A program made the translations under genes and the position numbers. From NCBI RefSeq assembly GCF_001194135.2, contig NC_069000.1:14224780-14288779 (forward strand): a stretch of 64,000 nt of DNA, read 5' to 3'. Every line of letters starts with the position of its first letter. The first letter of the stretch is position 1. Positions 24,303 to 37,733 of this stretch are shown here, piece after piece. The notes under the pieces were generated by a model. It ran no database searches, had not been told where the DNA came from, and was given only the letters and a program-made list of their open reading frames with translations. Source of the stretch: Octopus bimaculoides. Taxonomy: Eukaryota.

Positions 24303-27300
24303 GTAGGTAGTGGTATTCTCGTTTTATTATTTGTCCTGGATGTTGATTTGATTAATATGCGCTGATATTTGTGGTGAACTAAAAGCTTCATTTATCATTT
24401 ATATATTTTGATAGAATTATATTTGGGGGCGTGTAGGATACCTTTTTACTTACACGATGCTAACAGTATTTTTAGCATATTAAAAAGGATACGAGCTTGT
24501 CCCTTCCAAATGCAGTGTTTATTTTAAAAAATATTATTTCAGGATTTTGTGAAAATATTGCTTTCCAAATGGAAATGTTAATTAAGCTCTATTCATTCCG
24601 TCATAACTACGAAAAGGGACTCTTAGCTAATTGTTTGTATTTCACGCGACTATATGAGTAAATTATTTACTAATAATACATTTTAGTCAATTTGCTATGA
24701 AAATTATTGTCAAGAATTCGTTGATAAATCTTTAAAAAGTGTAAGAATGGGGAGACTAACATCCTTTAATTCGCCGATTCTCTTGTACCAGTCTTCACGT
24801 GATCATGTTTATATTCATAATATTGTTGTTCTTTATATTCGATGACACTAAACTCGGCTTCTATACAATGCGAATAGTTTTACCTTTCTTGCATATGATT
24901 TATCTACAGCTCATTTTTTCTCCCTCCTTTAATCTCCTTTTTCTCCCTCCTTTAATCTCCTTTATCTGTTCTGTTAAATTAGATTACAACTTGTTAACAA
25001 AATTCTGATTCTTATCTCCGACTTTCTTCCAGGATGTACTTTCTGGTGTAGTTATTATTCAAAGCAAATCAGAAGTTCATCACCAAGGTATAGTGCTTAG
25101 CATCGATGGAACTGTTAATTTGCAGCTTAGCCCCAAAAGTGTTGGGCTCTTTGAAGCATTCTACAACTCGGTTAAAGTATATATACATTTTTTTTTTTCT
25201 TTTTGATGCCTTATAAATGTTTCCATTGTAAAATTATTTAAAATAAATATTTAGGGCATCACTGTGTGGTTAAGAAACTCGCTTTGCAACCATGTGTTTT
25301 CAGGTTCAAACCCACTCCACAGCACTTCAGATAAGAGTTTTCTACTATAGCCTCAAGCTGCCCAATGATTGCTAGTGAAGTTATTTGATGGAAACTATGG
25401 AAGCTTGTCATATATATTTATATTATTATTATAATTGAAGGATGATTTCAAATGCTGAACCTTACGAAGGAGATGATAGATGACTGAGATATGAGGCACA
25501 TTGCTGTACTTGAGAAGACCTGTCCACTACAACAGAGTCTGTTGTGTATAATTATTTATAGATCACATGTATTCTTTTTTATCTTTTATCTGTTTCAGTC
25601 ATTAGACTGGCCATGCTGGGGCTCCACCTTCAACTTTTATCCAAATCAGTCCTAGTGTTTATTTATTAAGCCTGGTATTTATTCTACTGGTCTATTTTGC
25701 TGAACTGCTAAGTTACGGGGATGTGAACACACTAACCCCGGTTGTCATATATATGACAGGCTTATTTTTCTTTCTGTCTACCAAATCCACTCACAAGCCT
25801 TTGGTCACTCTGAGGCTATAGTAGAAGACACTTGCCCAAGATACTGTACAGTGGGACTGAACCCAGAACTACATGGTCGAGAAGCAAACTTCTTACCACA
25901 CAGCCATACTTGCACCTGTATTATAATTCATCTTAAACAATGTTGTTTAATTTTCCTGACATCTCTAAACTAGCTCTTTCTTTTTTCTATATTTTATAGC
26001 CAATATGTCTTCTGCAATACTTGATAGACGTAGCTAAACCAGGTAAGATTCCACCAGGAAAAACAAAGCTACCATTTGAAGTTCCTTTAAAGCCTAAAAT
26101 GCACAGAACATTGTATGAAACTTACCATGGTGTATACGTAAGCATCCAGGTAAGTTACACCACTATTGAAATGCACTGTGAAAGTCCATGTATAATATGT
26201 TACCCTGTATAACAAGTATCCCTAATACGATACATAACAAGGTATTATAGGTTGCCCCACTGATGCAAGAGTAGGCAATCTATTATAAGTTCTTAGTACT
26301 TCATTTTAAATAAAATACATTGATGTATAATAAAATGAAAGAAAATAATTTTTTTTAAATAATAAGTCCCCAAGCTTGATAACTTAAAATGTCTTCAGTC
26401 TATGACAGGAAGTTGTTGAGTAACTCATAATAGAGTTAGGAAAGCAATTAAGACAGCTGAAGGAGTTGTGATATTAGCACTTATGACTGTCAGCAGCCAG
26501 AACATCTAGGAATCTGTTGCTAACATCCAACAGGTGATGATAATGAGTTACTGGTGATAGAATGCAGGTTTCCAAGTGAGAAATAATTGTAATTATACTA
26601 ATGAAAAGATATTTGATTGAACTAATTTCTTTTGCATCATAATATATAAAAAAGTAAATAATAATGAGTTCTTTTGCTTCATTATAATTATTTTTATTTT
26701 ATTTATAGTATATTATCAAAGCAGAGCTGAAACGGTCATTATTGAATAAAGATATTCAAAAGATCTGTGAATTTATTATTGAATATAAAGTAAGTCAGTT
26801 TTTTGCAAAGTATAAGAACAATTTTGAAATTCATTTCATAATCATGTCTTATAAATGGGCATTTTCTTTTAGGAAACAGTTTAAAACTGTAGTAACGCTG
26901 TGCGAATGCGTAGTCTCACGCATGCGTGGAATTCAACAAGCAAGCTTTCCCGCTTCATTCTGTCTCTTTCTTGCTGGCCAGCGATTGAGCATGGACGTGT
27001 TTAGCTGTCTCTCTCCATCTTTCAGACTTACACTCGACAGCTCGCTTACATCCACATACCAACGTCCCAACAACAATGCTCACACACACAGAAGCTGTAA
27101 CAACAAACAAGAGCTAAAGATGTATATATTTACCACCTGAATAAATGTTGTTAGTGTTGATAGTCTGGAGTTCAGCGTATCGTTAATTTCTAATATTATA
27201 TAGGAAAGTCAGGTATACATCTAATGATGTATAACCCACTTTCCTATAAAACTATTATTTAAATCGATTATTACCATATATTCCAGCATAGTATATAGTA

Positions 27301-30300
27301 TAACTGTACCATGTAAGCACTCAAACATCATCCCTATCTTTCCAAATACTGTTGCATTTCACTTGGAACTTTTGATTCTTCAGGGTTGTCTTGGTGTAAA
27401 TTGTTGGCTGTAAATCTTGGTCTGAAAAATATGGCATGAATGCCAGAAAATATAGTATCCTTATCAGCAAACTTAATTTTACAGCTAACAGTTTATTTTG
27501 CTAATTATGTAACGATTACTCATTATAGAAAGGATTAACCTTGGTTTTTATTTTTGAATTTATTGCCTTAGGAATTTAATTATACGTCCTAAGGACAGTC
27601 CACTTTCAACAATATATAATGAAAGCTGCATGACCTAAATTGATTTGATCTTATCTAAATCTCAATTTCCTTCGATACGCAGGCACAGGCTTAGCTGTGG
27701 TATTAAGAAATAAGTCTGTTATGCAACTATGTTCCAGGTTCGGTCCCACTGCATGGCATCTTGAATTACTGCTTTCTATTTTAGCCTGCTATGTGATTTT
27801 CCTCACCAACTGCAAACCTAATTTGTCTTGTAATCATTTTAACTTCATCAATTTCATTATATTGTTGAGAAATTTTAATTCTCTTATAATTTCTATGTCT
27901 CGGGCACATCATTTTATAGTATTTTATGCCAGTAATCAATAATGACAAATAAATAATATGGATTTCTTAAAAAGTGTGAAAGAGGTTTACTTCACAGATA
28001 TGTAATGCACAAATTTTTTATATATTTCAGAATGACGAAGAACGTGCTGTGCCAAAACCTCAACCTGTTACAATTAGCCCAGACACTCTAACTAACATGA
28101 AAGGAAATGTATGTAAATTGCTAAATCTCTTGTTTTGTTTTTTCTCCTTGTTCGTTTCTGTTAATATTTCAGTATTAAGTCTGTAATGTTTTATTTCTGT
28201 ACAGGATAAGAATATACCTGATTTCAAAGTGACTGGTATGATCGATTCCTTAAATTTAAGCATTACCAAACCTTTGACAGGAGAGGTAAGTGGATGTACT
28301 ATTTTAACATTTGCAATATCAAATCAATGAAGCATTTTGAGAAAGAAGGGAGAATTCATGAATTGGCTAACTTTTATGTAATCAAACATATTTAAATGTG
28401 TTTGTCAGCAAATCTTTTGCATTCCCCAAGTGCCAAAATAATAGGCTTTGGCATGGCTCTGTAGTTAAGAAGTTCACTACCCAATCACAATGTATTATTT
28501 TTGTTTTTTAATGTTTCCGTAGAGGTCCCTTTTATATTTCTGATTTCTTTAGGTAAACAATTAACAATTGAGGTCCTCTAAATATTTCTTTAAGACCAGC
28601 TGAGTCCTTGCTCAATTGTATACATAAAGGTAGTTGAAACTATGTTATATTTGACAAACTGTTGTACAAGATGAATGGATATATTCGGACTTATAATTTT
28701 AAACTCTTTTCAGTTGGTTGTGGACTATTGTGAAACAGCTATCAAATCAATTGAAATTCAGCTTGTCCGTGTTGAAACATGTGGCTGTGCTGAAGGTTAT
28801 GCTAATGAAGGTTGGTTGTGATTTTTGTAACATAACATTTTCATTTGCTACTTAAAAGTTTATTAGCTTATAATGAATTTTTCATTTTTAATCTTCTTTA
28901 TAGTCATAAAATGATTTTAATCTTTTTGATACCAACCTGCCTGAGACTTATCCTGGTTTCTATAACACAAGCCTCCTGTTTTAAAATGATTTAAATTATA
29001 ATCTTCCATCAAAATTTTATGTTAATTTATTCCAAACATCAGCTTAGATAATGACAAATTTGTTTTATTAAATTCTTTATTTATTTTTATTTTTTTTGCA
29101 ATTTTTTTTTTCCGGTTATAAAAACAAGACATACAAAAAACATACAAATACTGTATTTGATTGCACATGAGACATGCTTTGTTTTTCAAGAAAGTATCTC
29201 AAAAAATCACCCCACATCCTATGATGTTGGATCTATATTACATACTTTTATGCACAGAATAATTTTTTCTTGAATATGCACTTCTGAAATTGGGTGCGTC
29301 TTTTATGTCATCAAATATGACACTATACACAGTGAGAAAAAATTCCTTTAAATTTGTTCAGTTCTTTTATTTCAAATATTTCTTTTGATTATGTTACAGA
29401 ATTTTCAATGGGATATACATCACTTATCCTTTTTTCTTTTTCTTCTTTTTCTCTCTTTTTCTAATAGCAACTGAAATACAGAATATTCAACTGGCAGAAG
29501 GTGATGTTTGCCGGAACCTGTCAATCCCTATTTATATGATCTTCCCACGACTCTTTACCTGTCCCACATTATCAACTAATAATTTCAAAATAGGTGAGAC
29601 GTTCTCTCCTTTTGTTATTTCAAGAGTTATAATGAGATTAATAATGATATGATTAATTGGAGTTAAATGTAATAGCAAAGGGTGATTACTTAATAAAAAC
29701 AAACAATGCAGTACTCCCAGTAGAGGTATCCAGACATATGAACCGGTCCAAAGAAAAAAAACAGTTTGTCTTATTAGAAACCTAACTGTGATAAACACTT
29801 TAACCCTTTAGCATTTAAATTGGCCATATCTCGCCCAAATATTATACTTACTTGTTTTATGTTCAAGTTAGCTAGATCTGACATATAACACTTACCCTAC
29901 AATACCATTCTAAAACCACACTATCATATCACTGAAATCTCAAAGCTATGTGATAATGCATGATCAATTCAAAAAAAATATGAATGAATAAGTATTACAT
30001 TTGAGAGAATAATTTGAATACTAAAGAGTTAAAATATCAGCAGGAGAGGCTGTGTGGTAAGTAGCTTGCTTACCAACCACGTGGTTCTGGGTTCAGTCCC
30101 ACCGCGTGGCACCTTGTGAGTGGATTTGGTAGACGGAAAGTGAAAGAAGCCTATCGCATATATGTATATGTATATATATGTGCGTGTGTGTTTGTGTGTC
30201 TGTGTTTGTCCCTCCAACATCGCTTGACAACCGATGCTGGTGTGTTTATGTCCTCGTCCCCGTAACTTAGCGGTTCGGCAAAAGAGACCGATAGAATAAG

Positions 30301-31637
30301 TACTAGGCTTACAAAGAATAAGTCCTGGGGTCGATTTGTTCGACTAAAGGCGGTGCTCCAGCACGGCCGCAGTCAAATGACTTGAAACAAGTAAAATAGT
30401 AAGAAGAGTTATGTGCCTTACTTAGCGACTTATTGCATTGGTTATTGTAGTATGGTTTGAGTTCATAGCAATGTGATGTCTAGTCCAGTTCCTTGAACCT
30501 CACAACCATTGCACTGTCTTACAACACCATGTCTCTTTATATGTTGGAATTTGTGCCAAAAAAATTGAACACATCTTCACATATCTGATGTTATTCGCAA
30601 TGAATCTGCAGATGAAGCCCATCTTGTCAAACATCTAGAACACAAATACGCTGCTTCATCATCATCATTTAACGTCCGTTTTCCGTACTGGCATGGGTTG
30701 GACGATTTAACAGGAGCTGGTAAATCTGGGAGCTGCATTAGGCTCCATTGTCTGCTCTGGCATGGTTTTTATGGCTGGATGACCTTCCTAATAACACCAA
30801 CCACTTTACAGAGTGTACTGAATGCTTTCTACTTGGCACCAGCGCCAGTGCTTCTTATATGGCTAAAATTTCATACACATACACATAAGCATTTGATCTT
30901 ACTATAAAATGGCTTTATTATTATTTTTAGTAACCTTTTTAATTCTCCCTGCAATAAATATGTTAACTCTTAACTTAACCCTGTTTTTAATGCAAATGGC
31001 TTCTCTGACTTCTTATTTTCAAAACAATTTCCCTTCTGGTGTCAACCAATCTTGTAAAGTTATTTAGTGATTGAGTCAGTACTACATCAGCATGTATAGT
31101 GAGGACAGTGCTTTGCTAATGAGGTTATAATTAGGCTGAAACATATAATTTGTCTTTCATGCTTCTAGAGAATTAAAATATATTAGTCCTTGATCTAATG
31201 TTGCTTTATCTTTAATCGCATAATTATATCTAGTTAGCTTTTTAATACTCCAAGCATTAAAATCTATCGGAATTTAAAATTCTCAGAGAAATATAGTGTA
31301 CATACATTTGCACTCAACAACTGAAGTAATGATTTTGGTCAGCTTTGATGAAGTTAAAATGAAATGATTTCTATAGATATTCAATGTTTTTTGTTTTGTT
31401 TTTTTAATGGTGTCAATATCTACTTAAATAATTGTTTTATCTTGAATGAGAGATAATTTCTAAATATAAACAAATAAAATATAACTGCTTAATCTTTTGT
31501 GCATAATTAATTATAAATATAATTAACAATTTTAATCTTTTTTTTTTTTTGCAGAGTTTGAAATCAATATAGTTGTTGTGTTCCAAGATGACTATATGGT
31601 TACAGCAAATTTTCCTCTGAAATTAACTCGATTCTGA
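24246..31637 (+). CDS. VPS26C: VPS26C (DSCR3), Retriever complex subunit; 9 coding exons, 897 nt, 298 aa
   Basis: Exons 24246-24302, 25033-25176, 26000-26149, 26709-26789, 28031-28108, 28205-28285, 28714-28810, 29468-29593 and 31555-31637 are all GT-AG and phase-consistent. Translation MATIVDIKLKRASKVYREG-DVLSGVV...YETYHGVYVSIQ...IQLVRVETCGCAEGYANEATEIQNIQLAEGDVCR...FPRLFTCPTL...NFPLKLTRF* matches the DSCR3/VPS26C sequence I recognise. AATAAA signals follow at about 31670-31730. Confidence 0.97.
25033..25176 (+). CDS. VPS26C: VPS26C exon 2 (DVLSGVV...FEAFYNSVK)
   Basis: Acceptor ctttcttccag; donor GTATAT; 48 codons. Confidence 0.95.
26000..26149 (+). CDS. VPS26C: VPS26C exon 3 (PICLLQ...YETYHGVYVSIQ)
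   Basis: Acceptor ttttatag; donor GTAAGT; 50 codons. Confidence 0.95.
26709..26789 (+). CDS. VPS26C: VPS26C exon 4 (YIIKAELKRSLLNKDIQKICEFIIEYK)
   Basis: AG/GTAAGT boundaries; phase 0-0. Confidence 0.93.
28031..28108 (+). CDS. VPS26C: VPS26C exon 5 (NDEERAVPKPQPVTISPDTLTNMKGN)
   Basis: tttcag acceptor; GTATGT donor. Confidence 0.9.
28205..28285 (+). CDS. VPS26C: VPS26C exon 6 (DKNIPDFKVTG...TKPLTGE)
   Basis: Follows a 96-nt intron; GTAAGT donor. Confidence 0.93.
28714..28810 (+). CDS. VPS26C: VPS26C exon 7 (LVVDYCETAIKSIEIQLVRVETCGCAEGYANE)
   Basis: Conserved VRVETCGCAEGY motif; ends in phase 1. Confidence 0.96.
29149..29322. mobile_element. pogo-type MITE (related fragments near 230-310 and 62890-63085)
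   Basis: Imperfect TIRs TACTGTATTTGA.../...TCAAATATGA; shared GACGCACCCCAATTTCAG motif. Confidence 0.5.
29468..29593 (+). CDS. VPS26C: VPS26C exon 8 (ATEIQNIQLAEGDVCR...NNFKI)
   Basis: Phase 1-1; GTGAGA donor. Confidence 0.96.
29804..30028. mobile_element. piggyBac-like MITE family (other copies at 51876-52086, 33145-33320 and 19445-19641)
   Basis: TTAA|CCCTTTAGCATT ... AATACTAAAGAG|TTAA; several related copies in the window. Confidence 0.7.
30040..30400 (+). mobile_element. tRNA-derived SINE family B with an internal (TA/TG)n tract; the most abundant repeat in the window
   Basis: Head GGCTGTGTGGTAAGTAGC...GGGTTCAGTCCC; tail ...GCCGCAGTCAAATGACT(T)GAAACAAGTAAAA. Other copies at about 19960-20512, 33520-33897, 50898-51265, 54045-54422, 57185-57575, 59965-60295, 25580-25920 and 42570-42900. 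Confidence 0.9.
31555..31637 (+). CDS. VPS26C: VPS26C exon 9 (EFEINIVVVFQDDYMVTANFPLKLTRF*)
   Basis: Poly-T-gcag acceptor; TGA at 31635-31637. Confidence 0.95.
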
Positions 31638-33519
31638 AGAGGCACAAAGACTTCTTAATATTATTAATGAAATAAAATTTCTTGATGATACCATTGTAAA
31701 TACAATAAAATTCTACTTCATAGAATAAATTTTAATATTAATGATATAAATGATGATGGTGATGATAATATGGTGTTTGAATGCCTGAATTTCAGATTAT
31801 TCAAACAATAAAACAAGTTAAATTCCTGCTGTAAAATACTGTTCTAACAATATTTCTATGAAAATAAATATTGAATAATTTTGTATATTTATTAGAATTA
31901 TGTTTCATCTTTGTGTAATCATTATAAATCTTTCATATACTGGAAAATACTTTTAAAACAGTGCATAAAAGGCACCTGTGCTGGTGACATGTAAAAGGAA
32001 ACCTATTAGACTCTTGGAGTGGTTGGCATTAGGAAAGGTATCCAACCATAGAAACCAAGCCAAATCAGACTGGAATCTGGTACAGCTCTCTGGTTTATGA
32101 GTTCCAGTCAAATTGTCTAACCTATGCCAGCATGGAAAACAGATGCTAAATCATGGAAATGATGATAAATATAAAGAAAAAAATAATAAAAGGAGGGATA
32201 ATACCCATAGCTTTTGCAGTTCTTCCCAAACTAATTAGGTGAATGCAGTTGATGCTCAGCATAAACTTTGTTGGTCAATATCTATTTAGAGAAAGCATAG
32301 ACAAGAAGGAGCTGTGACTGATTATAATTCTTTGTTGAAAGCTTTACTACAAGATTTATGGGTTGAGACAATGGAGATAGTGAAATGCAGATTCATTAGA
32401 TGGGCTTCGGCAATAAAAGAAACAAATGAGGAGACAGTGCATTAGTTGTTGCAGTGTATTGCTGAATGAAGGTTTCTCTGCTAAATGAAAAGTTTTGTTT
32501 TGTTTTTTAATAGCATCTAAGATACTGCATATTTGTGTATGAGTCTAGCAACAACATTACTCCCAGTTAATGTGGGTTAAATAGTAATAATGATAATGAA
32601 ATTATTGTGTGCACTACAACTCATCAAAGGTGCATATACAGTACATAGAATTATGTACAAAGGTCAGGAAAGGGATTCAGTGTATGAGTCCTGATATACA
32701 TGTGTGCATGCATATGTACTTCTATTCTACAATTGTGCTTAGGTTGCACATATGGCTGTATTTTTAGATATGTGGTCCTCATCAGAGATTGTAAAACCTG
32801 ATATTTATATAAACTTTGGAAGGTATGACTTTCTGATATCATTAATGAAAAGATAGATATATGTGAAATGTCTCTTTGAAATGTGTTGTAATTGTGTCTT
32901 GCTGCTGAGATTATCCTGTCCCCATTGAATGTTTTTAAGCTCTTTATTTATGGAAGTAGTACATAACCTAGCATGAGCTATCAAGATAATGTGGAATCTG
33001 GGAATATGCCTATGTTTAACAAATTATTCAGAAAAGACAGTCAGTGCTATAATCTCCATTGTAAATGGGAAATTAGAGTAAGCAGACTAATTAGTTGTTT
33101 ACAAATCCAAAGATCAATTCTTAATAAGTGATTTTTATTTTTAACCCTTTAGCATTCAATTTACTCTGCCAAATGTAATGCTTAATTATTCACATTATTT
33201 TGAATTAATTATGCATTGTCTTGCAGCTTTGAGAATTCAATCAAATGAGTGTATATTTTTAGAATGACAATGTAGGGTAGGTATGGGAGTCCATATCTGG
33301 CTGGTTTGAGCATAAAACATCAAATGCACATACACACACACATACACACGACAAACTTCCACACAGTTTCTGTCTACCAAATTCACTCACAAGGTGTTGG
33401 TCAACCCAAGGCTATAGTAGAAGATACTTGCCCAAGGTGATGTACAGTGCAACTGAACCTGAAACCACATGATTATAAAATGAGCTTCTTAACCACACAC
33501 CAATGCCTGCAACCAATAC

Positions 33520-33897
33520 TTGTTTCAGTCATTTGACTGTGGCCATGCTGGAGCACCGCCTTAAGTCAAGTAAATCGACCCAGGACTTATTCTTTGGATG
33601 CCTAGTACTTATCCTATTGGTCTCTTTTGCCGAACCGCTAAGTTACGGAGACATAAACACACCAGCATCGGTTGTCAAGCGATGTTGGGGGGACAAACAC
33701 AGACATACATATATATACATATACATATATACGACAAGCTTCTTTCAGTTTCCGTCTACCAAATCCACTCATAAGGCTTTGGTCAGCCCTAGGCTATAGT
33801 AGAAGACACTTGCCCAAGGTGCCACGCAATGGGAATGAACCTGGAACCATGTGGTTGGTAAGCAAGCTACTTACCACACAGCCACTCCTGCGCCTAT
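33520..33897 (-). mobile_element. SINE family B, full-length copy
   Basis: Reverse complement of the family B sequence. Confidence 0.9.
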
Positions 33898-35993
33898 ATA
33901 TTCTGTGATAGATATATAGGCCACTCCTGCGCTATATATTCCATGATAGAATTTTTTTAATAAATTACTTGATTGTAACATATCTTAAAACACCATGTGT
34001 AAAATTATAATAATTATGTTATTGTTCGTCTTTCAGTACTTCAATATTCACTGAACTAGCAGAGCAGTGATGACTATCATAATTAAATTTCAGATGCAGT
34101 TTCAATTCTCTACTGAAATTATTTCATGCAATTTATGCTGTTAAAAACCCTTGCAAAAGATGCAAACTTCACACTTTTCCATTCCTTCCTCACTCTTGAA
34201 CTGAGATCTTAATTAATCCTTTTCAGAAAAATCAATATTTACTGATCCCTAATTAGAAAGAGAACGAAAAAAAAAAAAAGAAAGAGACATACTTGTATTC
34301 CAATTTGTAGTTTAACTACATATAATTTCAGATGTCAATAAAGAAAAAAAAATTAGTTTTGTTTAAATTAAAACAATTTTCTCCACTCTTCATATGTATC
34401 ATTAGCTCCATTTCCTGTCAACAAAACACTTTTATTCCTGGTTTCTGAAAGCAAAAAAAAAATTTACTTTCTTTCTTTAATTTTTTATATATTTATTTCT
34501 TTTTTAACTGTTTTGTTTATCCATAATAATTATGTGCTCTTTGGCAGCAAAAGAATTCCAGTTGCTAAGTAGCAACTAATCTAAGATAAGCCATTTGCTA
34601 CTAACAAAATGACGCACACTGCAATGAAAATATTTGTAAAACAATATTGTCTACGCGGTTTTTTTTTTTAACAAACCCTTTATTATAAAATTAATTCTTA
34701 GAACAATTTCATGATTTTGTTTATGGTTGTGTTATTTTCATAATACTCATTGTTTAACAATCTATTATTGTTCCTTTTTATTCTCTTTATCTCCCCTTCT
34801 TTTTCTTTCTTTATTTTTCTCTTTTGCTCCTACTATGTATTCCCCCCCTCTCTCTCTCTCCCGCTCTCTCTCTGTCTTTCTCCTCAATGTCAGATGTTGT
34901 TAGCAATGGCTTCTATTGGAAATATGTCAAGAGTGACAACATTAAGAGGGGAATTGATAAGACGTGAAAGAAACGCTGATCTCTTTTTCGTCAGCAATGG
35001 GAAGGAGGCACATGTGATGATTCATTCAAATCTGTCACCCAAAAGAAAATCAATAAAATCAGAATAATCGTTTGACTGACAGATGCAAAAGAAAATTCCA
35101 TAAATTATTAATGATTAACACAGAAATGGCAATTGTTGTTGTGCTTTTAAAGATCTATGATTTTCAGAATTCCTTAACTTTGTCAATAGATTTACACCTA
35201 AGTATAATTAAGTTGTTATACTTTTTTGGCAGGCCATAGTATTGATCAGTCATGTTAAAACATTATTTCTTTTCTTTCAACATTCCTCAGAAGCAGATCT
35301 TATGTATTTATTTATCTATTTATTTTTCGTGTGCTGAAATTTTTTCTGCTTATTTCCATTTTACCATAGTTCTGTACAATAAGGCCGCAAGCTGGCAGAA
35401 TTGTTAGAGTGCCATTAAAAAATACTTTGCGGTATTTCTTCCAACTCATTACATTCTGAATTCAAATTCTGCCAAGGTAGACTTTACCTTTTTTTTTTTT
35501 TTTTTTTTTTGTTGGTGGTGGATAAAATAATTACTGGCTGAAACTATTTTATTTAACTTATGCTAATTGATATTTTCATATTTAAAAAAAAGGCATGAAA
35601 GCCACAACATTCCATTTCCTCCTTTTATATTTATTGTTACAAATGTTGTCGTAATAAAATTAATTTCTAGAACAGGAAAGCAGAAAAGAAATGGTGAAGT
35701 ATAAAAGAGGTTCACCAGATAATGACAACTGAAAGTGTAATTAACATTACAATAGAACAGGTGTTGTAATAGTTAAACAGATCTCTATTGGTTTTGATCA
35801 GGACGAGTTTGTTATTTAATCATCTGGATTAATTGCTTATTGAATTAGTATGTAAGCACCTGAGCATTCATTTTATAGGTGTGTGTACCATTAACATGAT
35901 CTTCAGGTAGAATCAATGTGATATAGCTTGTGACAAAGCTGTACCTTTGAATTACATTTAAATCTATCCAATGCCTTTATGCTCTTCGGGAAG

Positions 35994-36240
35994 CATGTGG
36001 TTTAGTGGTAAGGGTGTTGGACTCATGATCATAAGATTGTGGTTTCAATTCCTGGACCAGGTGACATGTTGTGTTCTTGAGCACAACACTGCATTTTGTA
36101 TTGCTCTAGTTTATTCAGCTGGCAAAACTGAATAATTCTGTGACAGACTGGTGTCTCATCCAGGGATGAATATATGTGCCACAGAAACCTGGGAAATGGC
36201 ACTATGGGTCTACATAACTCAGGTTAAGGATCATTATCCT
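35994..36240 (+). mobile_element. tRNA-derived SINE family D (another copy near 58895-59030)
   Basis: TGGTTTAGTGGTAAGGGTGTTGGACTCATGATC...GTGTTCTTGAGCA head. Confidence 0.7.
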
Positions 36241-37049
36241 TTATCCTACCCTATCTTTATTCCCTTTCACACAGCAGCATTGCTAGGAGACAAGTGAGGT
36301 GGATGATCCATTCCAGCTTCAGCTGACACTTGTATGAGAGCAGCACTTTTGAACTTGCTGTATACGTCTGTAGAAGCTGCATTCCCAGATATGGGGGTTC
36401 ATAAACAAACTGATGACTGCTCCAGATGGCACACACTCTAACTACTATGCCACTGCTTCCACACAATTTCCATCAACCCATTTTTCCCTCACAAGGCTTT
36501 GATCAATCTAAAGCAAGTATCTTTTACTATTGCCTTAGATTTGAACCCAGCAACTCAGGTTTGCAAATTGAGACTTTTTGTTTTTTAACCATTCAACAAT
36601 GCTGCATCCACAAAACAGATATACAATTATCATCATCATCACCACCATTGTCATTGTCATTGTTGTCACCATCATCATCATCATCATCATCGTCGTCGTT
36701 GCCATCATCATCATCGTCATCATCTTCATTTAACGTCTAATGCCCACGTTCCCTGCTTGGAGGGGTCAGACAGTTTGACAAGATCCAGTGGGTCCAAGGA
36801 TCGTACGAAGTTCCAGTGTCTGCTTTGGCATGGTTTCTATTGTCCTACTGACCATTCTAATGCTCTCCCTTAAAGGTGAGAAAACATGTAGCTCCTCAAC
36901 AAGAACCTGTTTACCCCACTACCACCACCACCACCTCCTTCTTTTCTTTCATAGTTCTGTATTCTTGCAAGCTCCATGGCAACTTCACAGGTGCCAGTAC
37001 CAAGAAAAAAAAAAGTACCCAGTTACTATAATAATAATAATAATAATAA

Positions 37050-37268
37050 TAATAATCCTTTCTCCTGTAGACACAAGGCCTGAAATTTGGAGGAAGGGAT
37101 TAAGTCAATTACATTGACTCCAGTGCATAACTGGTACTTATTTAATTAATCCCAAAAAGATGAAAAGTAAAGTCAACCCTGGTAGAATTTGAACTCAGAA
37201 TGTAGCGACAGGCAAACTACCACTAAGCATTTCATCTGGCATGCTAACAATTCTGCCGGTTTGCCGCC

Positions 37269-37270
<2 letters not shown>
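37050..37270 (-). mobile_element. SINE family C (CORE-like); other copies near 3190-3315, 5225-5366, 4480-4610, 11655-11770, 35385-35530 and 55660-56260
   Basis: Shared GTCGACTTTGCCTTTCA-CCTTTCGG-GTCGATAAA-AAGTACCAG core. Confidence 0.75.
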
Positions 37271-37361
<91 letters not shown>

Positions 37362-37642
37362 NNNNNNNNNNNNNNNNNNNNNNNNNNNNNNNNNNNNNNN
37401 NNNNNNNNNNNNNNNNNNNNNNNNNNNNNNNNNNNNNNNNNNNNNNNNNNNNNNNNNNNNNNNNNNNNNNNNNNNNNNNNNNNNNNNNNNNNNNNNNNNN
37501 NNNNNNNNNNNNNNNNNNNNNNNNNNNNNNNNNNNNNNNNNNNNNNNNNNNNNNNNNNNNNNNNNNNNNNNNNNNNNNNNNNNNNNNNNNNNNNNNNNNN
37601 NNNNNNNNNNNNNNNNNNNNNNNNNNNNNNNNNNNNNNNNNN

Positions 37643-37708
<66 letters not shown>

Positions 37709-37733
37709 CAACAACAACAATAATAATAATAAG
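37271..37733 (+). repeat. (AAT)n microsatellite with an internal N gap
   Basis: Direct inspection; another (AAT)n tract at 56026-56100. Confidence 0.95.

Noticed and set aside
25177-25999. VPS26C intron 2 donor GTATAT as a possible minor (U12) intron
   Set aside because: It lacks GTATCC and a TCCTTAAC branch point, so it was treated as U2.
26742-27140. 132-aa ORF overlapping VPS26C exon 4
   Set aside because: Read-through of the exon 4 frame into the intron; the exon ends at GTAAGT 26790.
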